DNA of 64,000 nucleotides from Nitrospirales bacterium. GTDB taxonomy: Bacteria > Nitrospirota > Nitrospiria > Nitrospirales > UBA8639. The stretch covers positions 1,216,001-1,280,000 of the forward strand of contig CBDBCZ010000016.1 in assembly GCA_965203295.1 (NCBI GenBank), read 5' to 3'. Shown piece after piece: positions 25,601-36,992 of this stretch. The notes beneath the pieces were generated by a model. The model was not told the DNA's origin, did not search any database, and saw nothing but the letters and a program-made list of their open reading frames with translations. A program made the translations under genes and the position numbers. How positions within the stretch are numbered: position 1 is the stretch's first letter; each line of letters begins with the position of its first letter.

Positions 25601-26971
25601 GGGGCGAGGAAGACTCCACTAATAGCACGCGATCCAGTTCTTCAAGCAGTGCTTTATGAGCACAGACACACACTAGGTCAGGGTGTGTACGAATTGCGTG
25701 CACGAAATCTGGCATATCTGTAGCCAATTCATGGAGGTTATACAGAGCATCATGTGACAAGCGTTGCCTCTCAAGCATCTTAGATCTTATGTTCTTAACT
25801 TGTTTTGTATTGCGAGGCTGCATGACTGGAAGGTGTGTTGGGGCTGGGACTTGTGTGATATGGCTCCTGTATACCTTGGCTGTTGTGGTGTGTTGGCATT
25901 CCTTTTCTAGGCTTCTGAGAACAGACGGGCATGTTCTAATGTGTGGCCTTGAGAGGTGCTTTGTAGCATTTCCATGAGGGAACTTGATGGCAGCCTTTTC
26001 ATCCCCTATGTAGTGTATGAGGATGGCCTTTGAGCTACTTGGGGTGAGTAGTTGATAAGCATGCCTCATAAATTCAGAGGATGGCCCATTTGGCGTGCTT
26101 ATTTGAAAGTAGGATTTCTTTACCCTTGGATCTTTTCTAGGGAGTTGTCGTACCCCCTGATTTGTCCATCGGTACTGGTCACAGCGCCAGTCATCTGTAA
26201 TGGTTAAATATAGAAAGTATAACCAGGGACCAATCAAATCTTGCTTTGATAAGAGTTTGTCTTAGGGAAGTACACTATATTTACTCATTTCACTGCCGTA
26301 GTGCTTACGCCATTGACCTCGCACCCACATATATATGCAGGCGGAACTTGGAAGATCTTCAGTCAGGGGACAAGAGAAAGAGCAACTTCCTCTTTGTAGT
26401 AGCCCAGATTAATAAAATACAGTGGAACCCCTCTAATATGGACATATTGAGGACCTGGTAAGAGTTCTGTATAGAGAGGTGTCCTCATTTCAGGGGCAGA
26501 AGTATAAACCTTTTTTTGGGACAGAGCAAAGTGTCCTTAATACAGAGGTGTTCTTTTTACAGGGGCATCTTATAAGACGGGTTCCACTGCATTTATTGCT
26601 CAGTTGTGGTCGTACTAAACAGATGATTGTATCTTTCTCCTTGCAGGCTATATCTGGTGCTGAAAGGGTGACAACTTATCTGATCAGTTGCTATTATATT
26701 AGCCATACCCCTGGCTTCCTCCTCTTGTGGAATATATTTGGGGTAGTGCAGCAAAGTGTAGGAAAGGACAATTTTATGTACAATACATGCACATGTTCAA
26801 CATACCATGCTTTGTGTTGTCGTCACTCTGGAAAATGTAGATCTCACCAGCCTTTGGTTTTGCTGGTGGGAGATTTGATATACCATCAACCGGTGGGCTC
26901 TTGAGGATAGAGACAACTTCAGAAATTGCCAGTGGGGTCTCCTGGACTCGAAAGACAGTGGATACGCTCAT
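22604..26971 (-). CDS. MULE transposase - SWIM - Ulp1/C48 SUMO-type protease - PHD finger fusion (~1103 aa). Exons: 26971-26806, 26194-24371, 24304-24254, 24084-23950, 23883-23761, 23684-23595, 23526-22604
   Basis: Six GT-AG introns, all phase 1, give a 3312-nt open frame. Motifs: YDTTF / VTDEE / CWNH / TNNQAEG (MULE DDE), CSCPSTSQCYH (SWIM), WLTD...HW...YDS...QNGGGDCALF (Ulp1 His-Asp-Gln-Cys), and C-C...C-C...H-C...C PHD finger. The first exon and start codon are the least certain part. Confidence 0.85.
26420..26589. mobile_element. Small Tc1/mariner-Tigger-type MITE inside intron 1 of the MULE gene
   Basis: Termini CAGTGGAACCC / GGGTTCCACTG, preceded by TA on the left. Confidence 0.55.
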
Positions 26972-27971
26972 TATACGTATAGCTGCTCATGAGTACACGT
27001 GGCCGCTTTGTATCTTGCCGCCAAAACTACAATGTACAGCCCCACCCACTCTGAGCCCCTCCCCTATACTGCAATTCCGTGTTTTAGGCCGTTCCGTGTT
27101 CGTTCCGTTCCGTTCCGTGAAATAGTCCCCACCGCAATGCTAGCTCAGTTGCTCGTGCTGTGAATCTGTTGATGTTATGGATGTTCTTGACAGTCCAGTG
27201 TGTCGCCTGCTTAAGCAGGAATGATCCCAGAGTGGACGGTAAAATAGTGACATACTTTTAAATTCGTTTAGGAGAGTAAACCTGGACAGGCTTGGAGTCC
27301 GCTGAAGTAGTAAAGACTTAGCAGTAGCGTTATTAATACGGAAATCTCTTAATTCGGGTGGATTACCAAGTACTGATGGCAGTACAAGTATGATGTAATG
27401 GTGGTCTGTTGTACCTCAGGCTGGTGCATGGAGAAGCCATAGGGTACGTTAACCCAAGATCCTTTTTTCGCTTCTCAAACCAGGCCATCCTGTTAATAGA
27501 TAGATCCTTAGATGAAGGCTGGGGACAAGTAAAATTACCACAACATATCCTATGGCTCCTCCATGCACCAACCTGAGGTACGCCACAATTATGCTATATT
27601 TCTTTTACTGCCATCAGTACTTGGTAATCCGCCCAAATTAAAAAATTCCCGTATTAACGCTACTGCTAAGTCTTTGCTACTTTGCTGCCTGTCCAAGTTT
27701 ACTCTCCTAGATGAATTAAAAAGTATGTTACTGTTTTACCGTTCACTCTGGGATCATTCCTGCTTAAGCAAGGGACACACTGGACTGTTAACAACATCCA
27801 TAGCGGAATCTTAGCACTGGCAGCTAGCATAGCACTATTTTGTATTCCAATTAATATCGTATCTACACCATGTACCAACGTGCGCGACACCGTACTAGAA
27901 CGAGCGCCATTGGAGTGAGGAGTGAGAAGCAAAGTTCAAAGTTCATAATTTTTGGCAGCATGAGGCACGAA

Positions 27972-28125
27972 AATGAGGAGTGAGGACTATTGGAATGAGG
28001 AGTGAGAACTATTAGAATGAGGATTGAGAACTATTGGATTGAGGAGTGAGGACTATTGGATTGAGGAGTGAGGACTATTTGAATGAGCAGTGAGAACTAT
28101 TGGAATGAGGAGTGAGGACTATTGG
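27972..28125 (-). repeat. 22-bp subterminal tandem repeat, 7 copies (AATGAGGAGTGAGRACTATTGG)
   Basis: Directly visible; reverse complement of the left-arm repeat. Confidence 0.9.
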
Positions 28126-28504
28126 AACGTGGTGATGTGAGTATGGAACATGGAGTGACCTCCAGGGCCACCGTAAAGGCTACTTGTACCCTGCTAGCAA
28201 GAAATACATATATAACCTTGGGATGAGGCTACACTAAATTAGCCTGGAAATGAGACTGGATACTGACAGCATAACCTTGGTTGCTCATGCAAGTGAGGTA
28301 AAATTGACCTGTACCATACTGTGAAGCAATTGATATGGCCTCAGTCTCATGACAAAACAGATTCTCATGAAACTCAAGACAGTTTCAGCTTCATTGATCT
28401 TATCTAGACAGCACATTAGCCCAAGTTTGCACTTGCAACTGTCTTCAAAACTGCATATAACTCCCCATCATATCATTGTAGTATAATTGCAGTTGGCTAG
28501 CTAC

Positions 28505-31500
28505 ATGGCTGCACAAAAAGGCAGTCATAAGTACGGACTAATTTTTGCATTGAGTTTGGTACTGTTTCATCTCTCAGTTGAGCAAGTTGAGAGGCGACAC
28601 CTCTATGTGAAGCCATCTCCTGCCTTTGATGAATGCCCACTTGGTGAAGTATGTCTCACCCTCTCGGAGTATCTACAGAACGTGAGCAATTTCCTCACTT
28701 CTGATACAGCTATCCATTTCCTCCCTGGGAACCACACCCTCAGCAGTAGTGAGTCTAATCAAGATCTTCTCTTTGCAGCAAATGTCCACAATCTTTCATT
28801 GTTCGGACACAGTAATCAAGGTACTGTACTAAACTGTACTGGAAAGCTGGGGTTTGCCATTATGAATGCTGTACATATACATATATCAAACATCATGATT
28901 ACCAACTGTGGCCAGACGATCACTGCTTTACTGAATGAAGTGTGTGAATACTCTCTCAATATCCACGAGAACACTAAAGCAGCTCTTGCTTTTTTTAATG
29001 TCTCTTCACTTGAACTTCAAAACATTCAAATACAGAAAAGCCATGGTTATGGTTTGTTTGGAGTGGATGTTGGGGGAAGTTCTAGTTTGACAAATTGCAC
29101 ATTTAGCTTTAATGGTTGGAAACAAATCGACAGTGATGAATCAAATTCAGAGACTCCTCCAGGTGGCAATGTATTGTTTGTGTATCCTTGTTCTCGGCCA
29201 CTAGTACTACAGTTTCCGGAATGGAAGCATACTATAAATATCTCTCACTGTGAGTTTGCTTATGGTACAGATACCACCAGTTTAGACTTTCAACGGTGGC
29301 AGAAATCATCCCATAGAGTTAGTGGAGGGAGTGGTTTAGGATTGCTGTTCTATTGTGGGACAGCTAGTTATCATGAAATTTCCTATAGTATTGCAAACTC
29401 TATCTTTCACCACAACAAGTCACCATATGGACCTGGAGCTAATATGCTCCTACTTGTTGATACTATAACTACTGAAAAAATCGCAGAAAAGGTGATCCAA
29501 ATAGATATATTAATGAATAGATGTAAGTTCCATGATGGAGAAGCTCTAGACGGTGGAGGTATATTTGTAGGGTACATAGGCTCAGGTATGTATTTAAGCA
29601 GTTACCCACTGATCAGAGTCTCGAATTGTACACTCTGTCACAACAGAGCAAGGAGTGGTGGTGGTTTGCACTTTATATCTAAACTACGTGATGGTATGTT
29701 ACAGTATGAAGAAAGGGATTACCTCAGCTTGCTTTATTGTAACTTTAGTAGTAACAGGGCTGTAGAAGGAGCTGGTGTATATATTTCACTCTTGGTGATA
29801 GCGGACCGTTTTTTCTATATGTACCCAACGGCACTTGTCAACATTTCGCAAAGCACCTTCGTACAGAATACTGCAAGCAGGAGTGGCGGGGGAATTGATA
29901 TTCGTTTACGCACCACAAATGATCCCATGGGATTGGGTCAATGTTTGATTCCTGTAACATGCACTGGCTGCTCTTTTGTTAGCAACAAAGCAGAGAATGG
30001 TAGTGCTGTACATGCCAAAGGTTGTGGACAGAATGTGATGAACACAGACAGAGTTGAGTCTTGTCAGCAAGCCTACAGAATGTCTATTCGATTGTGCAGT
30101 ACAGTAATTAGCAAAAACGCTTATAGCTTCTTTAATGGTTTTGCAACACTCTACATACAAAATATAGAGAGGTTTGAATTACACAACAGTGCTATTATTG
30201 ATAATAATGGCACAGCTATATACATCAGTGGATCATCACTTTACATCAGTGGTAGAGTTAATGTTACCGGTAACCATGGACACAGTGGTGGTGGTCTCTA
30301 CTCTGACTGTAACCCTCCATCTTACATACATCTTAAACATCCGTCACACCTGTATATGGCCAATAACGCTGCATCATATCATGGAGGAGCAATATTTGTC
30401 AAAGACTGCAGCAGTGTAAACACAGTATACTGCTTCATTCAAATTGAAGGTCTGTATAGGTGAAACAACACAAACATTTATAAGGTACCTGATAATGTGA
30501 GTGTGATACTGGAAAACAACACAGCAGAAGAGGCAGGAGACTCTATTTATGGTGGGCTGCTTGAAACATGTCACTTGGAAGATATATACCAAGCCACTAC
30601 AACTTTTTCATCACAAAATTTCACAATTTTTGAGATATTTAAAATTAATAATGGTACCCATTCTATGTCAGAAGTTACATCAAATCCATTGCAGATTTGC
30701 TTCTGTGATGAAAACTTAAGCATGAATAAGCTAGAATGTAAAACTGAAGCTAATATCAAAATCTACCGAGGACAAGCATTCCATATTCCTGCAGTAGGAG
30801 TGGGACAGTTCAATAATTCGTCACCATCCATCGTACGGACCATAATACCATCTGAATGCACTGGAGAATTGGGAGACAGACAAAATGTTCAGGAATTAGG
30901 TCGTTGTTGCGGAATTTTGAACTATATTGTCAGGAGTTCTGAAAATACTACACAACTTCAGATTACCATTGAAAGGACAGGCTCAAGTATTAATCTTCGG
31001 CATCCAGCGCTGATTTCTGTTTCATTCCTCAAATGCCCCCCTGGTCTGGAACTCTCAAGTGATTTTTCCGTATGTAAATGCGAACCACACCTGAAGAATA
31101 ACGGACTAAAATGTGACACAGGCACCTGGACATTTCACCGGCCAGCATCCATGTGGATAGGGTATTATGGAGAGAAACAGGTAGCAATCCACCCCAACTG
31201 TCCCTTTCACTACTGCAAATCAGAAGACACTAATCTTAGTCTTAGCAGTCAGGATGAACAGTGTGCATTCAACCACTCTGGTGTCCTTTGTGGGGCATGC
31301 CAGCAGGGACTCAGCCTGGCCCTGGGAACCTCACAGTGTCTCAAGTGTTCCAACACTTACCTTCTCCTTCTCATCCCATTTGCCTTGGCTGGAGTTGCAC
31401 TGGTGTTTCTGCTCCTAAAGTGCAACCTCACAGTGTCAGTCGGAAGCATCAACGGTCTTATCTTCTATGCCAACATTATTCAAGCCAACCAAGCCGTCTT

Positions 31501-32611
31501 CTTTCCACACGGAGCCCAGGGCGTAAATCTCTGTACCAAATTTTTTTCTGTGTTTATAGCTTGGCTGAATCTGGATCTTGGGATACAAACTTGCTTTTTT
31601 GCTGGCATGGATGCATACTCTAAAACATGGCTCCAATTCCTGTTTCCAGTATATGTGTGGATTATGGTAGGTGCTATGATCTATGGCAGCCGATACTCCC
31701 CCACAGTATTCAGACTGATAGGCTCAAATGCAGTTCCTGTTCTTGCCACACTATTTCTGCTCTCCTATGCAAAACTCTTGCGTACAGTGATCACAACAGT
31801 GTATTCCACTGCCTTGATTGGTAAAGATTCCTCCACCCCATTAGTGTGGCTTGTAGATGGCAATATGCCATTCTACAGGGGAGCTCACACAGCACTTCTT
31901 TTAATGGCAGTGGTATTCATTCTGGTGTTCATAGTACCTTTCACCTTGCTTGTTTTGCTAGGTCGTTGCTTGCAAGCCAATTCACACTACCACAGAGTAC
32001 TCCGAAAAATTGCCATTAAACTGAATCCCTTGTTAGATGCCTATCACGGACCGTACAGGGACAGGTTCAGACACTGGACCGGAGTCATGCTACTTCTGAG
32101 GGCTTTCCTTTTTGCTGTGTTTGCAGGAAATGTTTTTGGAAAACCAGAAATAAACTTATTTGCAGTGGATTTAGGTATTTTCCTGCTATTAATATACTTG
32201 TGGAATGCTGGATGGGTATACAAGACACTCACATGGAATATAATCGAGTCCTTTTACCTTCTCAACCTTGAGATTTTAACGACTGCAACTCTCCTCCTGA
32301 AAAGCCTGGGAGAACCCTCCTCAACAAGCCAAGAAGTCGTGACAGATATCATGGTAGGGACAGGGTTTGTAGTGTTTTGTGCCACAGTACTGTACCACTT
32401 CTATGTGTGCTTGAGGAGTATGAGACTGATGCACACTATACGGAGTGCCTTGAGTAGCAACAGCAACCAAAGAACTGCTACTCCTGCTGCTGTAGCTGCT
32501 CATGCAAACCCCAGGGATGTTCACGTGCAGCCTGGCAATCCCTCTGTGACTCATATAAACTTCATTGAACTGCGTGAACCTCTAATTTTGTGCAGTGATG
32601 ACGAAAATTGA
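28505..32611 (+). CDS. Long receptor-like protein: signal peptide, right-handed beta-helix (pectin-lyase/Pmp-like repeats), Cys-rich region and multi-pass TM domain; one in-frame TGA at 30461-30463
   Basis: ORFs 28487-30463 and 30497-32611 share one frame and are separated by a single TGA. Repeated GG(A/G)(I/L) and FxxN motifs. CPFHYC and LCGACQQGLSLALG, plus a TM block homologous to the A/B copies (WLNLDLG, ATLFLLSYAK, LDAYHGPY). First ATG at 28505 follows an acceptor-like TTGCAG. Confidence 0.85.
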
Positions 32612-33848
32612 CCCTGCATCATACATAATACTGTTCATACATTACACACAAGGATATACTGTAGCTCTCACTGTACCTGTATTTTTGTCACAGCTTCACT
32701 CTTTTATCCATCATTATCCATTCGTGTGAGATATTGTCATGCTATCGAAACATTTTGGTATATACATGTACTGTCTAAGTGTCAGTATATACGACAAGGT
32801 CGCAATAGAAACACTAAATTGAATAAACTTGAGAATTAACTACATATTCAGCAGGGGTACATTGGAAAGACATTAATGTATGGCTGTACACATAGGGTCA
32901 TCACATCAAAGGGTGGTCTGCATAAAGAAATCACCTTAGACTATGCATAATATGCTTTGATCTTAATGAGGTCTTTAAAATCACTAAGACACCTCACCAA
33001 AAATCATACTTCAAATGGAAATTAAAAGCTGGAAACCATAGTCTACCCTAATTAGTTCCCTCAGGCAGGTATCGTAACTGTTTAGAGACCCTCAGGGTGC
33101 ACCTATATCCATCTCGGCCTTCACCATCGGGGATATATGTAGCAACCCTCAGGTCTCTAAAACAGCTTTGATACGTACCTGCCTCAGAGCAACAGCCTAT
33201 ACTTAGACACCACCAGTGCATGGAAATGTTGTGCCAATGCACAGGAGTCCAGAGTGCTAATAGTTAGCATAAGTTACATGACATCCTTGTGATCACGTCT
33301 ATAGAATACATAATAAAAAGTAACAATTGAAAGGCTCAGGGTCGTATTGTTAGTGGCTATGCAACCCAAAATTAAGTGCTGGAAATCGCATGAAGTGCAC
33401 AATAATGAACATGTGTAACCTTTAGCCAGGAGACCAACTCTCAAATTTCAGCAGCTCCTGAAACATATTATAACAGTGTTCCTCAAAGGTTGGACAAAGC
33501 AAATTCAACAATTTGTGGGTTGGAGTAGTGTGGTATGAACCGCATTTATGAGCTATCTCTGACTTGCAACCGGAGTGGTTTAGTGCGACCTGTCTCCAAA
33601 ACTTCCAGGATTAGTGCCTTCTGCACTAGCTACTAACACTGTGAAGCCATCAAGCATGACTATTACATATTAATTTTATGAAAAATGTAATAGCAGATCT
33701 GTGGGGAATGTTTCTACGACATAAAAATTTCTCTAAATGAAAACTTTAGCCATACATGTGCTGTGCACAAATGCACAGACTGTAGCAATAATTATCAGTC
33801 TGAGTGTACAAACCTGGCACTACCACAGCTCAGTATTTGCAGAGAATA

Positions 33849-35745
33849 ATGTATTTCATTGTTGTAGTAGCAATTCTACACCTTCTAAGTAGTCTGGTAG
33901 CCGTGGAGTGTGATACTACCCAGTGTACCAGCCAGGAGAGCAATAACTTTGGAATTACAACCAATCAAGTGCCCAGTGAAGTGGACAGTAACACCAGTTG
34001 CGTGAACACCTGGTTCTTCCCAGCCCCCGATGATGACCATACCTGTGAGTGTGGTAGTAGCCTAGGGAATAAAGTGAAATGTGACAATGCCACCAAGGAA
34101 GTGGATATTCTCGACTGCTACTGCATGACATACAGCGAGGACGACCACTCAACAGTGATTGGACAGTGCTTGTATGGTTGCAGTCATAAATCAAGTTACT
34201 ACTCTCTCCCATCCAACATTTCTCAGCTGAATGAACAGGTTTGTGGATGGCTTAATCGTGAGGGTCAATTATGTGGCAGATGCAAACATGGTTTTGCACC
34301 AGCAGTATATTCCTACAACATAAGCTGTGTAGAGTGCAAGGATTATCATTACAACTGGGTGAAGTATGCAGTGATTTCATTATTACCCCTAACTGTGTTC
34401 TTTTTTGTAGTCACACTTTCTGGGATTAAACTCCTTTCTGGTGCGTGGTCTGCTTTCATTTTGATTAGTCAAATTGTGTCTATACCTCTTCTAATGCGTG
34501 CATTTCGCCTGCATCCCAATGGATTCCATTTCACCCTTGGTATTCTTAGTATACCCTATGGTGTTTCAAATCTTGATTTCTTTCGTCTTCTGTATCCACC
34601 TTTTTGCCTTCATCCTCATATATCCACCATCCAGGCAGTAGCACTGGACTATATAATAGCTGTTTATCCCCTGGTCCTAATTGTAGCCACTTACTTTCTG
34701 GTTGTACTGTACGACAACAATGTAAGGATAGTTTTGTGGATATGGAAGCCTTTTCATTACTGCTCTGATCATTTCAGAAGGGAATGGAACATCAAAAGTT
34801 CTCTAGTCGATTCTTTTGCTACCTTCATCATTCTATCCTATATCAAATTTTTGGATGTATCCAGCACTCTTTTGATTCCAGTTCGTCTTCATAATGTTAA
34901 AGGAGAATCAGTTGGGATGTACCTCTTTTATGATGCCACAGTGAAGTATTTCAGCAAACAGCACCTTCCGTATGCATTCTGGCCCTTGGAGCGTTTCTGA
35001 CTTTTAATATATTCCCAGTCTTGCTTTTGAGCTTGTATCCCTGTCAATGTTTTCACAAATGCTTGAATTACTGCAGGCTTGGCAGGTATCAAGCACTGCA
35101 TATATTCATGGATGCTTTTCAAGGTTGCTACAAGGATGGAACAAATGGTACAAAAGATTGTAGGTGGTACGTAGCAGTGCATTTATGGGCTCGAATTACA
35201 TTCTTTGCCATAAGTGCAATAGTGCTTTCAGAATTATGGTTACCTTTTGTAGCGTTTGGTGTCCTCATTATGTTAATTTTAGTTACTGTATCCCATCCCT
35301 ACAAGTCTCCTACTTTCAACACTGTTGAATCGAGCTTATTTTTGCAATGGTTTTTATACTTGTGTCAGGCATGGCACATGTTATATCATACTCAAAAACA
35401 CATCAGTTCCCGATAATGTTGGATGTAATTGGCAGCATTTTACTGATTGTTCCAGTCATATATGCACTGGGAGTGTTAGTATACAGGCTGTTATCTCATG
35501 GCCACTGCGTACAAGTCTATGAAAAAGTTAAGACTTGGCTAATGTGCTACTGCAAATATTCAATTGCTCATGCATATTCGCAAGAGTCACTTCCAGACAG
35601 AATAGCTTATGACCATCCAGAAGAGAACACATACATGTGCTGGTGCAATGGAATAATGACTCTGATGCTACATATTATTAAGGCTGAAAGAAGAAAATAC
35701 CGATGTACAGGGGCCTTAAAGCTTGCTGTGATTGTGATGTACTGA
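33849..35745 (+). pseudogene. Receptor copy B0, three frameshifting lesions
   Basis: Paralog of 49757-51601 with a 1-nt deletion at ~34979 (GCATTC-TGG), a 1-nt deletion in a T-run at ~35340 and a ~7-nt deletion at ~35630. The ancestral stop aligns at 35679-35681. Confidence 0.8.
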
Positions 35746-36992
35746 AATAAATGTTAGTATATGTATTTACATCCACATAGTATTATAGTTATCTGACTGT
35801 ATTGTATTATCTTGATTGCTGCATACTTAAGTTTCTGTTGCCATTGAAGTATTCAGTGTGTCTGAGAACAAACTATGCATAAACAGCACCCACAAGTGCA
35901 TTGTAAATTCCCTCCGATCCTTAATGCATTCTTCAGTTTGCAGCCCACCACTACAGAATCTTTGCAACACTGTAAGGCTCAGAGCTCAGCATACTCCTTA
36001 TATGGAAGGCTCTGTTTACTTTGATCCAAGAGCGGCTTCAAAAGCCAATCTAATTAATCATTCAGCCACCTATTACTCTAGTGAGTGTACTTAACAGCTC
36101 CTGGGCTCAAACCTTATATAGTACTGTGAAGATTCTGTAAAGTTCTATAACAATGATCTATTTCAGCAATCATACCTCAGCCTGCATAAGTATTGAACTC
36201 GATGCTCGTGCAGTGACTCCCAATGCATGCATAATATAGTAATTAAATCTTTCTATAACCAGTATAAAATGCGAACTCAAACCTGGTATATGCTGCATAC
36301 AGTTTATAGTGAGAAGCCAATCACTAGTAGCTGTTGGACACACACAGCACCAGGGGGACTATCTTACTTTACCGTTGTTTGATTGGAAACTGTAAAGGAA
36401 TAATCTAACTCATTCCCAGTCTCTGTTAGCCTGCTTTTTTTTCTTCTGCACATTGGTGACAGTGGAGACTGGGAACAAGGCTTGAAAAAACTACATGCAA
36501 TTAGCCATGCGTTTTTAAACTGCATTATTTGTTTACTATGTGCATATTGTTTCTGCTGATCAGTGTTCAGTATATATATACAGACTGAGGCGTTAAAGCT
36601 TGTTGTGATTGTGAAGGAAAGTTAGTGTATTTACATCCACATAGTATTAATATCTGACTGAATGCAGTCTTGATTGCTACAAAGTGCATGTACTTGCTAT
36701 TTTCTGTTTCTGCTGCCATTGAATAATAATTATGATAGTGACATAAGTCTTAGAACAACTATGCATAACAGCAACCACAAGTGCAATGTAAATCCCCTCT
36801 GAACCTTAATGCATTCTTCAGCATGCAACTTATCACCAACAATGATCTGTTTCAGCAAACATACCTCAGCCTAATGAAATCGAGACTCATGTAGTTATGA
36901 GCCACAAGAGAAGGGTGATTCATGTGGGTTTAACATTACTTTCCTCTGGGTCATCCTCGGCGTACCTCTACAGGTAGAGCTGCAACTTTGGA

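Larger units (their letters stand above)
22210..27133 (-). mobile_element. Mutator-like element (MULE, Phantom-like), 4924 bp
   Basis: 59-bp TIRs (22210-22268 and 27075-27133, 2 mismatches; GGTGGGGACTATTTCACGGAACGGAAC...), 8-bp TSD GCAATGCT (22202-22209 and 27134-27141), and a MULE transposase gene inside. Confidence 0.92.
21895..28175. mobile_element. IS3EU-like non-autonomous foldback element (~1.35 kb once the nested MULE is removed)
   Basis: Termini TACGGTGGCCCTGGAGG / CCTCCAGGGCCACCGTA and a 6-bp TSD AAGGCT (21889-21894 and 28176-28181). Imperfect inverted arms of ~600 bp (21895-22209 plus 27142-~27450 versus ~27545-28175). TAYGG ends and a 6-bp TSD are the IS3EU signature. Confidence 0.8.

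Noticed and set aside
27972..28125. Regular 22-bp repeats as a possible CRISPR array
   Set aside because: The repeats are head-to-tail with no unique spacers, have an inverted counterpart at 21945-22031 inside a transposon, and lie in a eukaryotic context with no cas genes.
30450..30484. Micro-intron or selenocysteine explaining the in-frame TGA
   Set aside because: The nearest GT..AG pairs give 25 or 35 nt, which do not preserve the frame. There is no redox motif around the codon, and I could not identify a SECIS element by eye.
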